Source: Longimicrobiales bacterium (GTDB lineage: Bacteria; Gemmatimonadota; Gemmatimonadetes; Longimicrobiales; Gaopeijiaceae). From it: a stretch of DNA of 64,000 nt. This document shows, in pieces, positions 10,575-21,082 of the stretch; positions within the stretch are counted from its first letter, which is position 1, and each line of letters begins with the position of its first letter. A program made the translations under genes and the position numbers. The notes under the pieces were generated by a model. The model saw only the letters and a list, made by a program, of their open reading frames with translations, was not told the DNA's origin and made no database searches. The stretch is from positions 1,088,001-1,152,000 of the forward strand of contig OZ250165.1 in the NCBI GenBank assembly GCA_965238005.1, written 5' to 3'.

Positions 10575-10637
10575 TCGAGGATGGGTAGGGCTCACTCGAG
10601 GATGGGTCGGGCTCAGTCGAGCATGGGTCGGGCTCAA
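10575..10637. repeat. 3 x 21-bp intergenic tandem repeat
   Basis: tcgaggatgggtagggctcac / tcgaggatgggtcgggctcag / tcgagcatgggtcgggctcaa. Confidence 0.85.
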
Positions 10638-10706
10638 TAGGTCGGCGGTAACGACTCTCCCCCGATCCCGTTGCGGGACGGGCAGCCATCCCCGATCCTC
10701 CCCGCT

Positions 10707-11969
10707 ATGGAAGAATTTACCTCCGACGAAGGACGGGTCCTAGACGCCCTCGACCGCGACGGCCTTCTGGACTCGATCCGTGCCCTGGTTGCCATTCCGA
10801 GCCTCGGCGGCCACGAGACCCATGCTCAGGAGTGGGTGTCCGAGCTGATGCTCCGGATCGGGCTCGAGGTGGATGTCTGGGACCTCGACTTCGAGGCCCT
10901 GGCGCAGCATCGCGCCTACGCCGTCGAGTGCGAGCGCGACCGTGGCCTCGGGGTGGTCGGTCGACTGGGAGAGGAGGCCGGCGGCTCCAGTCTCATCCTC
11001 AACGGTCACGTGGACGTCGTCCCTCCCGGTCACGAAGACCGGTGGTCCGGCCCACCGTTCGATCCGTGGGTCGCGGACGACAAGATCTACGGCAGAGGCG
11101 CCGTGGACATGAAGGCGGGCCTGTGCTCCGCCATCTTCGCCGCCAAAGCCATCCAGGACGCCGGCGTGAAGCTGGCCGGCCCGCTCCTGATCGAGAGCGT
11201 CATCGGAGAGGAGGACGGCGGTGTGGGTACGTTGGCCACCATCCTCCGGGGGTACCGTGCGGAGGGGGCCATCGTGATGGAGCCCACCAACCTCGAGGTC
11301 GCCACCACGGGTGCCGGCTGCTTCAACTTCCGGGTGCGGGTGCCGGGTCAGGCCGCCCACGGCGCTCTCCGATCGGAGGGCGTGAGCGCGATTCGGAAGT
11401 CGCATCGGGTCCTCGAAACCCTGGAGAATCTGGAACGGGAGCGGAACGCCGACGGTGACCCGATCATCCCCGGAGAACTGCCGTTCCCCATCTCCGTCGG
11501 CACGGTCTCGGGCGGCGAGTGGGCGTCGTCGGTGCCGGAAGAGGTCGTGCTGGAGGGGCGGTACGGTGTGCGCCCCGGAGAGGACCCGGCACAGGCGCGG
11601 GCGGCTCTGGAGTCCGCCGTGGCCGACGCCGCGGAGGAGGATCCGTGGCTTCGCACCCATCGGCCCGAGGTCGAGTGGTGGGGTGGCCGGTACGAGGCGT
11701 CACGGGTGAATCCCGATGTCGGAGTCGCGGCCGCGGTGCGCGAAGCCCACCGGGCGGTGACCGGACGGAAGGCCCAGGTCACGGGCGTGCCCTACGGATC
11801 CGACGTGGCGCTGCTCGTGAACCACGGGGCGACCCCCGCGGTCCTCTACGGACCCGGCGACGTACGGAACGCCCACGCTCCGGACGAGTTCGTCCCCATC
11901 GAGGAGGTGGTCATCGCGGCCCGTACCCTCGCGATCACCGCGCTCCGTTTTTGTGGGGTGAGGGAATGA
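10707..11969 (+). CDS. ArgE/DapE family M20 deacylase
   Basis: LNGHVDVVP, GRGAVDMKAG, IGEEDGG, YGPG..AHAPDEFV. Confidence 0.92.
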   Translation: MEEFTSDEGRVLDALDRDGLLDSIRALVAIPSLGGHETHAQEWVSELMLRIGLEVDVWDLDFEALAQHRAYAVECERDRGLGVVGRLGEEAGGSSLILNGHVDVVPPGHEDRWSGPPFDPWVADDKIYGRGAVDMKAGLCSAIFAAKAIQDAGVKLAGPLLIESVIGEEDGGVGTLATILRGYRAEGAIVMEPTNLEVATTGAGCFNFRVRVPGQAAHGALRSEGVSAIRKSHRVLETLENLERERNADGDPIIPGELPFPISVGTVSGGEWASSVPEEVVLEGRYGVRPGEDPAQARAALESAVADAAEEDPWLRTHRPEVEWWGGRYEASRVNPDVGVAAAVREAHRAVTGRKAQVTGVPYGSDVALLVNHGATPAVLYGPGDVRNAHAPDEFVPIEEVVIAARTLAITALRFCGVRE

Positions 11970-12103
11970 GCGGACCGGGTTCAACGGCCAATGAGGAAGC
12001 GTTGACTCCGGACGTTCTTCTATGGGCTGGATCGGGCACCGTCGTCCAGATCAGGTTGGTCGTGACCGGACATTACAGCGACGCCGTCTACGCCGTGGGA
12101 GGG

Positions 12104-12337
12104 TCAGCGGCCGAGGGCGACGGAGTCGTGCTGGGCCGCCCGAACGTTGGACTTCTCCAGGGCATCGAGGGCCTTGCCCACTCCACGCGCTCCAGGAATC
12201 GGGAGGGTGGTGATGATGCTGTCCTTTTGACGGCGCGTCAGGGTATCGGCGGGGTTGTCGCCGGCGTTCCCGCCACCGGAGCAGCCCAGCAGGACGATGG
12301 TCATGCCGGCCAACGCCGTCAGCGCAACATTTCTCAT
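12104..12337 (-). CDS. Small lipoprotein
   Basis: GGAGG then ATG 12337; MRNVALTALAGMTIVLLG-C lipobox. Confidence 0.75.
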   Translation of the reverse strand: MRNVALTALAGMTIVLLGCSGGGNAGDNPADTLTRRQKDSIITTLPIPGARGVGKALDALEKSNVRAAQHDSVALGR

Positions 12338-12390
12338 TGTGCACCTCCAGCACATATCACGAAATGACGGGAGCGGAACCAGGAGAAGCA

Positions 12391-12906
12391 TCACTCGAGG
12401 TCCCGAGGTCGCGTGAAGCTTCTCAGGCGTCCGCAGTCGCTTCGCACCTCTTCCCAACGATCTACCTCCAAGTCGATTATCGCCAGGGCGGCGGTTGAAA
12501 ACTTGGTGCGCATGAGGTCGAGCTCGGCAGCGTCTCCGTCGGCACAGAGCACGTGGGCCAGGATGGCCGTTCCGGGGTTGTGGCCTACCATGAGGATGGA
12601 CTCGACCGTGTCAGGCACCGCCCGAACGAGGTCGAGCAGCTGTTGAGGCGCCGCCAGGTAGAGGTCGCCGTCCCAGTCGATCTCGGGCTCGACGTCCAGC
12701 TCCTCCATCACGGCCGCCAGCGTCTCCCGGGTGCGGGCGGTGGTGGAGCAGAGAACTAGGTCCGGTCGGTGACCGCCCTCTCGGAGGTACGCACCCATCA
12801 ATGGGGCCGCTCGTTTTCCCCGGCCGTTCAATGGGCGGTCGTGATCGGCCACCGACGGATCGGCCCAGCTCGACTTGGCGTGACGGAGCAGGTAGAGAGT
12901 CCTCAT
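12391..12906 (-). CDS. sixA: SixA-like histidine phosphatase
   Basis: LYLLRHAKS, DHDRPL, RTRET, MVGHNP. Confidence 0.85.
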   Translation of the reverse strand: MRTLYLLRHAKSSWADPSVADHDRPLNGRGKRAAPLMGAYLREGGHRPDLVLCSTTARTRETLAAVMEELDVEPEIDWDGDLYLAAPQQLLDLVRAVPDTVESILMVGHNPGTAILAHVLCADGDAAELDLMRTKFSTAALAIIDLEVDRWEEVRSDCGRLRSFTRPRDLE

Positions 12907-12946
12907 GCCTATACCCATAAACATTTGGCGCCCAACGTGCTAGTAT

Positions 12947-12974
12947 AAAAGAACCGCCCCGGGGGGCGGTTTTC
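12947..12974. terminator. Terminator-like GC hairpin between the divergent sixA and ppk1 genes
   Basis: AAAAG-AACCGCCC-CGGG-GGGCGGTT-TTC; U-tract is stronger on the minus strand. Confidence 0.4.
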
Positions 12975-12998
12975 GCTTCTCCGACAGGGGGGACCACC

Positions 12999-15164
12999 GT
13001 GGAAGACGTCGCGACCAAGGATCTCGCGGCCATCGGGCCACGCTCGCGCAAGCGCTTCATCAACCGGGAGCTGTCCTGGTTGGCGTTCAACGAGCGTGTC
13101 CTCGAGGAGGCGATGAACGAGCGGCACCCCCTTCTCGAACGCGTCAGATTTCTCTCCATCTCCGGCACCAACCTGGACGAGTTCTTCATGGTCCGGATCG
13201 CCGGCCTGAGGGCGCAGGTACAGGCCGGCGTCACGTCTTTGAGCCAGGACGGGAGAACGCCCCTCCAGCAGTTTCGCCAGGTCAACAGCCGGGCGGCGAA
13301 GCTGATGACGCGGCAGCAGGAGATCTGGCAGGTCCTCTGCGAGGAGCTTGCCGCAAGGGGAGTGTCGGTCCTCCATCCGTCGGATCTCAGGACGAAAGAC
13401 GAAGAGTGGACGGACGACTATTTCATCCGTCAAATCTTTCCGGTGCTCACGCCCCTGGCCGTGGATCCGGCTCACCCCTTCCCGTTCATACCCAACGGTG
13501 GACTGTGCCTCGCTCTCTCCCTTCGCCGTCCGGAGAGCGGAGAGCGGATGTCGGCGTTGCTGCCCCTCCCGTTGCAGATGCACCGCTTCGTGCGCCTCCC
13601 CGGGAAGTTGAAGAAGCCGCGCTTCGTGAGAGTGGAGGAGCTGATCTGCAGACACCTGCACACGCTCTTCCCTGGGTTCGAGGTGGAGGAGGTGGAGCAT
13701 TTCCGGGTCCTCAGGGACTCCGAGGTGGAGATCCAGGAGAAGGCGGAGGATCTGGTGCGGGAGTTCGAGTTGCTGGTCAAGCGCCGGAAGAGGGGATCGG
13801 TCATCTCCCTTCGCGTGTCGACTTTCATGTCCAAGGAGATGAGGGACTTCCTCATCATCGAGTTGGCAGCCGAGGCGAACAGTGTGTTCCAGGCCGGGGG
13901 CCTCTTGGGCCTAGGAGATCTGGCTGAGCTGATCACACGCGACCGCCCTGACCTCGTCTTCAGCCCCTTCACCCCACGCTTTCCGGAGCGGATTCGAGAC
14001 TTCGATGGAGACCACTTCGCGGCCATACGAGCGAAGGATCTGCTGGTTCACCATCCGTTCGAGAGCTTCGACGTGGTCGTACAGTTCGTCCGCCAAGCGG
14101 CCCGCGATCCGGATGTCGTGGCCATCAAGCAGACGCTCTACCGGACCAGTGACGACTCCCCTATCGTGCGCGAGCTCATCGAAGCGGCGGAGGCCGGAAA
14201 GAGCGTAACGGCGCTCGTGGAGCTGAAGGCTCGATTCGACGAGGAGGCGAACATCCGCCTGGCGCAGAAGATGGAGGCGTCAGGCGTGCATGTGGTCTAC
14301 GGCTTCATGGACCTGAAGACCCACGCCAAGCTTTCCCTCGTGGTGCGGCGGGAGGAGAGCGAGCTCCGCTCGTACGCCCACATCGGCACGGGCAACTACC
14401 ATCCCGGCAATGCGCGGGTGTACACAGACCTTTCTTACTTCACCTGTGACGAAGACCTCTGCGGCGACGCCGCTCGGGTCTTCAACTTCACCACCGGGTA
14501 CGGCCGCCCGCAAAATCTGAACAAGCTCGTGGTCGCCCCTTTCGATCTGCACGACACCCTCGTGAAGCTCATCGAGGAGGAGATGGCCCACGCCGAGGCC
14601 GGTCGACCTGCCACCATCTGGGCGAAGCTGAACGCCCTGGTGGACGGCAGCATCATCGACACCCTCTACCGAGCGTCACAGGCGGGGGTCCAGATCTCTC
14701 TCGTGGTCAGGGGGATCTGTTGCCTACGACCGGGGATCCCGGGCCTCTCTGAGAACATCACCGTCAAGAGCATCGTGGGACGCTTCCTGGAGCACAGCCG
14801 CATCGTCTGTTTCGGGAGCGGGCACCCGCTGCCATCAGGCTCCGCGAAGGTCTTCATCTCATCGGCGGATTGGATGCCTCGGAACCTCTATCGGAGGGTC
14901 GAGCACCTCGTCCCCATCGAGAACCCCACGGTCCACAGTCAAGTCCTCAACGAGATCATGCAGGCCAACCTCAGGGACACTCTCCAGAGCTGGTACCTTC
15001 AGCCGGACCGGACATACGAGCGCGCCGCGGCGGATGACGATCCCTTCGACGCTCACAGCTACTTCATGACCAATCCGAGTCTCTCGGGGCGCGGGAGCGC
15101 CGTCGCCGACTCGTTACAGCAACTCGAGCTCCACGCTCCCGCTGAGCCCATCCGAGAAGGTTGA
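12999..15164 (+). CDS. ppk1: Polyphosphate kinase 1
   Basis: NRELSWLAFNERVL, NLDEFFMVR, AHPFP, IKQTLYRT, KARFDE, KTHAK, GTGNY, GRFLEHSR, SADWMPRN. Confidence 0.97.
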   Translation: MEDVATKDLAAIGPRSRKRFINRELSWLAFNERVLEEAMNERHPLLERVRFLSISGTNLDEFFMVRIAGLRAQVQAGVTSLSQDGRTPLQQFRQVNSRAAKLMTRQQEIWQVLCEELAARGVSVLHPSDLRTKDEEWTDDYFIRQIFPVLTPLAVDPAHPFPFIPNGGLCLALSLRRPESGERMSALLPLPLQMHRFVRLPGKLKKPRFVRVEELICRHLHTLFPGFEVEEVEHFRVLRDSEVEIQEKAEDLVREFELLVKRRKRGSVISLRVSTFMSKEMRDFLIIELAAEANSVFQAGGLLGLGDLAELITRDRPDLVFSPFTPRFPERIRDFDGDHFAAIRAKDLLVHHPFESFDVVVQFVRQAARDPDVVAIKQTLYRTSDDSPIVRELIEAAEAGKSVTALVELKARFDEEANIRLAQKMEASGVHVVYGFMDLKTHAKLSLVVRREESELRSYAHIGTGNYHPGNARVYTDLSYFTCDEDLCGDAARVFNFTTGYGRPQNLNKLVVAPFDLHDTLVKLIEEEMAHAEAGRPATIWAKLNALVDGSIIDTLYRASQAGVQISLVVRGICCLRPGIPGLSENITVKSIVGRFLEHSRIVCFGSGHPLPSGSAKVFISSADWMPRNLYRRVEHLVPIENPTVHSQVLNEIMQANLRDTLQSWYLQPDRTYERAAADDDPFDAHSYFMTNPSLSGRGSAVADSLQQLELHAPAEPIREG

Positions 15165-15265
15165 CGGAGGCCGGACAGCGGTAGGAAAGTCCTTGCCCAA
15201 AGCAGGCTCTTGAGTCGGTATTCCTACAGGCCTGTCTCGACAGTTCACCGCCTCGAGGAAGCACA

Positions 15266-17335
15266 ATGAGCGAAGACGAGCTGACACCACCGGAGCCGAC
15301 GCCACCCACGTCACCCCCGGAGTCTTCAGGTGGGCCGCCGCCGCATCCCGAGGCGTCGAAAGGCGCCCCGGCGCAACAGTTCCGGCAGGGCACTAGAGAC
15401 GACCGGAGTGGGGCACGCCTACCCTGGCCGCCCCCGGGGTTCGAGTGGTTACAGGGAGTTCTCTGGAAGATCACGACGCTGGCCTGGCTAGGAAGCATCG
15501 TCCTGGTGACTCCCCTCATCTGGTCCCTAGCCACACCCTAAGAGTTCTGGAGCCTCGGCCCGCTGGAGGACAACTGGGCCCTGGGGCTGACCATAAGCCT
15601 CGTGGGCGCCGCGATTCTGTTCGTGGCGTTCTTCCTCCTTCAGTCTCTGGTGAGGGCAGGTGGGCGTGCCGCCGACCTTGGGTATGGCTTCCTGACCATC
15701 GCCGAGGTCGCCACGGATCTCCGTCGTGACCAGGGGTTCCTCCTCATGGGGAAGCGGCACTTTTCTCGGTTTTCCGAGGCCGACCGGACCCAGCTAACCA
15801 AACTGCGTCTCGCCGCGGCGGCCTTGATCCTCGCTGGTGCTCTCTGGCTCGCTGTGGGCTTCTCGCTATCCGTGGTGCTGGCCGCCCGTGAGCTTCTCAC
15901 ACAGCGAGAGATCTGGCTGGTGACCTTGGGACCGACGCTCGTGTTCCTCGTGTTCGGGGGAACCCTCCACGGATTCCAGTTCGTCCGAGTCCGACTGGCC
16001 TTGTCGGCCTGGCGGGCGCAGGAAGGCGGCATCGAGCGAATCCGTCAGGAGGTCGTGGCCTGGACGAACGAGCTGGAGGAGGCGGGGGACCAGTTGGTCA
16101 TGGGGGCGGGTTCCCTCGGTCAAGGCCGGCGTTTTCGAAGCGCCGCCTTCCTGGTGGTGCTCCTCTTCATCGTGGTCGTCGTCCCGACCATCACGGTCTC
16201 CCTGGCCAGCTCTGTGGGTCCCGTTCTGGCGGAGATCGCCATCCCCCAGTTCCTCTCCGTCCAGGAGATGGCGGGAGCGGCGGAGGCGCTTCGCCGCTAT
16301 CGCGTGGACAGTGATCCTACCATCGACGCCTTGGAGGCGGGGCGGGCTATGAACAACGTGGCCTTTGTCGGTTCCGCTGTGCCCCACCCAGAGCACCTCG
16401 AGCTACCACCTGCCACGCACTACGCGACCCCCTGGTTCCCCAGCTCCAATTTCCCAGACATCTTCCAGGAGGGTGTGGGGCGGGACCTCGTCCTGCAGAT
16501 CGAGGGCGGCTTCTCGAGCGACGAGCTCGACGCGCTCCGCCAGGCGGCTTCCCATCCTGCGCAGAACGATCTCTATCTGATCACGAGGGCGGAGCGGATC
16601 GACATGGTGTCCACCAGGTGGATCACTCCGTTCCCCGACAGCCTGACGGTGTTCACCCTACCGTTCCCCCACTTCACCGAGGTGCGCTACGCCGCGCTGG
16701 CGCGAGTGGCGAAGGCAATTGTCGAGCAGGTCGAAGGGCAGCCGGATCAGGCCGAGACGTCCATCCGCGAGATCATCTCCGCAGGCTTCCTGCTCGTCGA
16801 TGAAGGACCCACGCTCATCGACAACCTGGTGGGGGTCGTGGTGGCCAACATCGGGGGAGACGCGCTGGAGGGGCTCTACGAGGTGCAGAGCCGGGACGGT
16901 GAGCTGGAAACCCTCCGGTGGGCTCGCGAGTCTTCGGCGAACGCGGCTCACGCTGCACGATTGGGCCTGACGGAGGAGGACATCCACACGATTCTCAGGG
17001 GCATCCCCGACATCGTGGAGAACGAGAGCGCCCTGCGTGGCCTGAGGTGGGAGTACCTGGCCACCTTCAACTTGCTGGCACCGTGCATCAACCTCCAGAA
17101 GATGGTCTTCGGGCCCGACGAGACGTATCAGGAGTGGCTCGATCGAGTCCAGGCGTCCCTCGTGCGGCTCCTGGGGGATGGAGCACTCTTCGAGCTGGCC
17201 AATTCCGGGGCGTTCGCAGGTCGTCAGGAGCCCGGCGCCCTCGCCCGCCTCATGACGGTGACGTTGGGGAGCCAGACTCGACCGGGTAGCTGTGTGAACC
17301 TGATCTCCTCCTTGGAGTCCGGCGAAGCGATCTGA
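15266..17335 (+). pseudogene. Large membrane protein interrupted by an in-frame TAA (15539-15541)
   Basis: ORFs 15266-15541 and 15602-17335 are in one frame; the text reads through as ..SLATP*EFWSLGPLEDNWALGLTISLVGAAIL.. Confidence 0.65.
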
Positions 17336-17352
17336 CCGTAAAGGATCCGCTC

Positions 17353-18726
17353 GTGAGAAGAATGCTCGTTTTCTGCGTGACCACGGGCCTCCTGTGGTTC
17401 TTCGCTCCCGCAGCGGGTAATGCTCAGACCAGCCTGGCGGACGCCTACCGAGGCCCGGCGAACCGGCTCATCGACGCGGCCCTCGCCGACAGCGCCGCCT
17501 ACGACCGCCTCACGGAGCTGGTCGACCGATTCGGACATCGCTTCAGTGGCTCCTTGAGCCTCGAGCGCGCCCTGGACTGGATCCTCGAGGAGATGGAGGC
17601 CGACGGCCTCGACAACGTCCGGGGCGAGCCCGTCATGGTCCCGCACTGGGTCCGTGGGAAGGAGTCTCTGCAGATGATGGCACCGGTGGCCCGCGACCTT
17701 CCCATGCTGGGACTCGGGGGGAGCATCGCCACGCCACCCGCGGGCCTTCGGGCCGAGGTCATGGTCGTCGGGAGCTTCGAGGAGCTCGAGGAGCGAGCTC
17801 CGGAGGCTCGCGGTCGGATTGTGCTCTTCAACGTTCCCTTCACGACCTACGGGGAAACGCGTCCGATTCGCAGCGACGGAGCGGTGGCCGCCGCCCGGGC
17901 GGGCGCGGTGGCCAGCCTTATCCGTTCCGTGACCCCGTACTCCCAGCAGACTCCCCACACCGGCGCCTTGAGCTACCAGGACGGCGTTCGGCGCATCCCC
18001 CACGCGGCAATCACGGTGGAGGACGCCGAGCGGATCCAACGCATCGTGGATCGCGGAGAACGGGTGGAGCTTCACCTGTACATGAGCGCTGAGACGCTCC
18101 CCGACGCCCCATCGAGGAACGTCATGGCAGAGATCGAGGGGAGCGAGCTCCCGGGCCAAGTGGTGGTCCTCGGCGGGCACATCGACTCGTGGGACGTGGG
18201 CCAGGGCGCCATGGACGACGGTGGGGGCTCGGTCGCCGCCTGGGAGGCGATCCGGCTGATGAAGGTGCTTGGGCTGCGCCCGAGGCGCACGGTGCGGGCG
18301 GTGCTCTGGACCAACGAGGAGAATGGCGGTGCAGGCGGCCGGGCCTATCGCGACGCCCGCGTGGCGGATGACGACCAACACGTGCTCGCCATGGAGTCAG
18401 ATGGCGGCGTATTCAAACCCTTGGGCTTCGGGTTCACCGGCCCTGACGAGGCTTTCGCCATCATCCAGGAGATCGGCACGTTGCTCGAACCCATCGAGGC
18501 CGGGCTGATCACCCGGGGCGGGGGAGGGGCTGACATCACACCCCTCATGCAGGGTGGGGTGCCCGGCATGGGCCTATCGGTGGACCGGACCCGTTACTTC
18601 TGGTATCACCACACCGATGCCGACACCATCGACAAGCTGGACGCCCGGGAGATGGCGCTTTGCGTGGCAACGATGGCGGTGATGGCCTACGTGGTTGCGG
18701 ACATGCCGGATCGGCTACCGCGTTGA
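17353..18726 (+). CDS. Secreted M28 peptidase (carboxypeptidase Q-like)
   Basis: Signal peptide, FGHRFSGS, PHTG, GGHIDSWD, GAMDDGGG, NEENG, HHTDADT. Confidence 0.93.
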   Translation: MRRMLVFCVTTGLLWFFAPAAGNAQTSLADAYRGPANRLIDAALADSAAYDRLTELVDRFGHRFSGSLSLERALDWILEEMEADGLDNVRGEPVMVPHWVRGKESLQMMAPVARDLPMLGLGGSIATPPAGLRAEVMVVGSFEELEERAPEARGRIVLFNVPFTTYGETRPIRSDGAVAAARAGAVASLIRSVTPYSQQTPHTGALSYQDGVRRIPHAAITVEDAERIQRIVDRGERVELHLYMSAETLPDAPSRNVMAEIEGSELPGQVVVLGGHIDSWDVGQGAMDDGGGSVAAWEAIRLMKVLGLRPRRTVRAVLWTNEENGGAGGRAYRDARVADDDQHVLAMESDGGVFKPLGFGFTGPDEAFAIIQEIGTLLEPIEAGLITRGGGGADITPLMQGGVPGMGLSVDRTRYFWYHHTDADTIDKLDAREMALCVATMAVMAYVVADMPDRLPR

Positions 18727-18727
18727 G

Positions 18728-19603
18728 CTAGGAGCCAGGCCAGCGCCTGGGCTGCGTCACAACGACCGGCTGGAGGGACTCGGAGGGGCGTCGTGCTTCC
18801 CTCGTTGCCAGATCGAACCGGTCTCCGGGCGATAGGAAGTAGAAGAGGCCCGAGCCTCCGACCATGCTCTGGTTGTCGTAGATGAGGACGTAGCTCTGCC
18901 CGATGACTTCGAACTCATCACCTTTTACCACGATGGCCGTGTCCTCGTCGATCCCGATGCCCAGCAGCTCGGTGTGGGCGCGGATGATCTCAATGAGATC
19001 GAACTGGCGGTTGCGCCTCAGCACGTGCTGATCAATGGCCGTGTTCCGGAGAAAGCCGAAGCCCTCTTCGTGATCTCCCATCATGATCGTGTTGGTGCCT
19101 GTATCACCCCGGACCAAATAGGACCCCTGAATGGTTGCGCCGGCCGAGGAGCCTCCGATGACGCCGCCCCGCTCCAGGAGGTTCCAGAGCTCCTCTTCGG
19201 TCCTGGTTCCCAGATAGGAGTCGGCCAGCCGCCACTGACGGCCCCCGGGGAACCACACCCCATTGGCTTCTCGGATCGCCTTTACGAACTCGTCGGAGTC
19301 GGCTTCCGCCCGATCCTTCGTGTGAAGAACCTCGAGGTTGGTTGCGCCCACGTCACGCCACGAGTTGAGGCCCTGGTAGAACTGGTCGTATTCGTCGTCG
19401 CCCCCAGCCGTGGGGATGACCACGATGGCGGCGTCAGGGCCACCGGCCAGGTCCAGAAAGCGCTCCATGATGCCCGGGTCCCGCATGGCTCCACCCACGA
19501 TGACGAGGGAGCCGTTGGATGGTCCGACGTCTTGAGCGCCGAGCTGTGGGGCGAACCAAAGGAGCGTCAACAGTGCCAGGGCGCCGAGGGCGGGTCGATA
19601 CAT
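18728..19603 (-). CDS. Cyanophycinase-like serine peptidase (S51) with signal peptide
   Basis: IVGG, IPTA, GGRQ, GGSSAGA nucleophile motif, IDQH, GIDEDT. Confidence 0.88.
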   Translation of the reverse strand: MYRPALGALALLTLLWFAPQLGAQDVGPSNGSLVIVGGAMRDPGIMERFLDLAGGPDAAIVVIPTAGGDDEYDQFYQGLNSWRDVGATNLEVLHTKDRAEADSDEFVKAIREANGVWFPGGRQWRLADSYLGTRTEEELWNLLERGGVIGGSSAGATIQGSYLVRGDTGTNTIMMGDHEEGFGFLRNTAIDQHVLRRNRQFDLIEIIRAHTELLGIGIDEDTAIVVKGDEFEVIGQSYVLIYDNQSMVGGSGLFYFLSPGDRFDLATREARRPSESLQPVVVTQPRRWPGS

Positions 19604-19701
19604 GGTTCTCTCCGATCCCAGGTTCAATGCGAAATGACGGATAATGCGGTCGGCCGCCGGCAAACTCCGGCTTGGCTGAGGGGGGGCGGAGCTCTGACCG
19701 C

Positions 19702-20049
19702 TCACGCGGTGATCAGCGACCTCTCACGACTCGCGCGACGTAGGACGGCCTGGACCCGGTTGACCGCCAACGGCGGATCGATGGGCTTCTTGATGTAGTC
19801 GTCGGCGCCGGCGGCCAGGAGGAGGATCTGATCGTCCGGGTCCTCGGAGGCGGTCATGACCTGGAACCGAACCCGGCCGCCCGACTCCATGGGCCCGATC
19901 GTGACAAGCTCGGCCTCGGCCTTCACCGCCTCGAGAAGGACGAGGCTGGTCAGCTCGACCATGGCCCATGCCTTGACTCCCAGGTCCTGCTTCTGGGCCA
20001 GCTCTGGCTCGTCCGTCGATCCAATCCTTGGAGGGCCAGCCCACTCCAT
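19702..20049 (-). pseudogene. Remnant carrying only the C-terminal half of a receiver domain
   Basis: VMTAS..LAAGADDYIKKPIDP..RVQAVLRR is present; acidic pocket and phospho-Asp strand are not recognisable. Confidence 0.6.
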
Positions 20050-20134
20050 GGCTGGGGAGGACTCGACGGAAACGGAAGGAGGCGGTGGACGGCGATGTGA
20101 CCCGACCCTAGTCTACCGAAGCTCGTCCGGGTCC

Positions 20135-21082
20135 ATGGACCGCCGTACAACCCGTTCCCACGACCACTCCACTCCGTTCTCCGTGACGTTCGGCATTCAT
20201 AGCACAGAGTCCCTCCTCGAGGGTCTGAGGAGAGAAGTCCACGAACAGATCCAGCGGGCCTTGGACGATCTGTCGCAGACGACCGACCTCGGTCGGGCGG
20301 CGCACGGGGCTCGGCGGATCGTCAAGCGCGCCCGTGCGCTCCTCAAGCTTGCGCGGCCCTCGCTCGCCCCTGACGCCTATCTCCGCGGCAACCTCACGAT
20401 GAGAGATGCGGGGAGGTGCGTGGCTCCCATTCGCGACGGCGACGTGCTCGTCGAGACGGCTCGATCGGTAAGCGGACAAGGGCAGGAGGCCGAGCTCGAC
20501 TCGGCTTGGGCGCGACTTCTCGAAGAGCTCCAGGAGGAGCGTGATTTGCTTTTCGCCACGGCCCCTGGGGAGGACGGGCCCCTGGCGCGGGCGCGGGACC
20601 TGCTCCGATCGGTCGCCATCGACTGGCCGGAGGCAGGCGAGCTCGACGATCGGGAGCTGCTGCGCACGGGCCTGGCCACGTCCTACGAATCGGTCCGAGC
20701 TCACGCCGAGCGGGCCTTCGGTGAGGGCGCGAGCGCCAGCGCCCATCACGAGCTGCGAAAGAAAGCGAAGGACCTGCGGCACCAGCTCGAGTTCCTGAGC
20801 CCCGGCTCGCCCGAGACGCTGGTCCCCATGGCCGAGGGCTTCCACCGCCTCACCGATATGCTGGGAGATGCCAACGACATGGCGGTGTTGGCGACGTACG
20901 CCAGCTCGGCGCGATCCGTCACCCGTAGACAACGCTCCGCCCTCCTCCTCCGTCCGGAGGAGCGTCGGCAGGACATTTGGGAGGAAGCGGGACCGTTGGG
21001 GGCGGGTCTCCTCGCGGAGGAGGCCGGTGACTTCGTGGGGCGGGTGGAGGAGTGCTGGCCGGAATCTCGGCCTCAGGGGTAG
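20135..21082 (+). CDS. CHAD domain protein
   Basis: HGARRIVKRARALL, RDGDV, HELRKKAKDLRHQLE, LGDAND. Confidence 0.85.
   Translation: MDRRTTRSHDHSTPFSVTFGIHSTESLLEGLRREVHEQIQRALDDLSQTTDLGRAAHGARRIVKRARALLKLARPSLAPDAYLRGNLTMRDAGRCVAPIRDGDVLVETARSVSGQGQEAELDSAWARLLEELQEERDLLFATAPGEDGPLARARDLLRSVAIDWPEAGELDDRELLRTGLATSYESVRAHAERAFGEGASASAHHELRKKAKDLRHQLEFLSPGSPETLVPMAEGFHRLTDMLGDANDMAVLATYASSARSVTRRQRSALLLRPEERRQDIWEEAGPLGAGLLAEEAGDFVGRVEECWPESRPQG

Noticed and set aside
15539..15541. Recoded stop
   Set aside because: It is TAA with no Cys-motif context; a point mutation or error is more likely.
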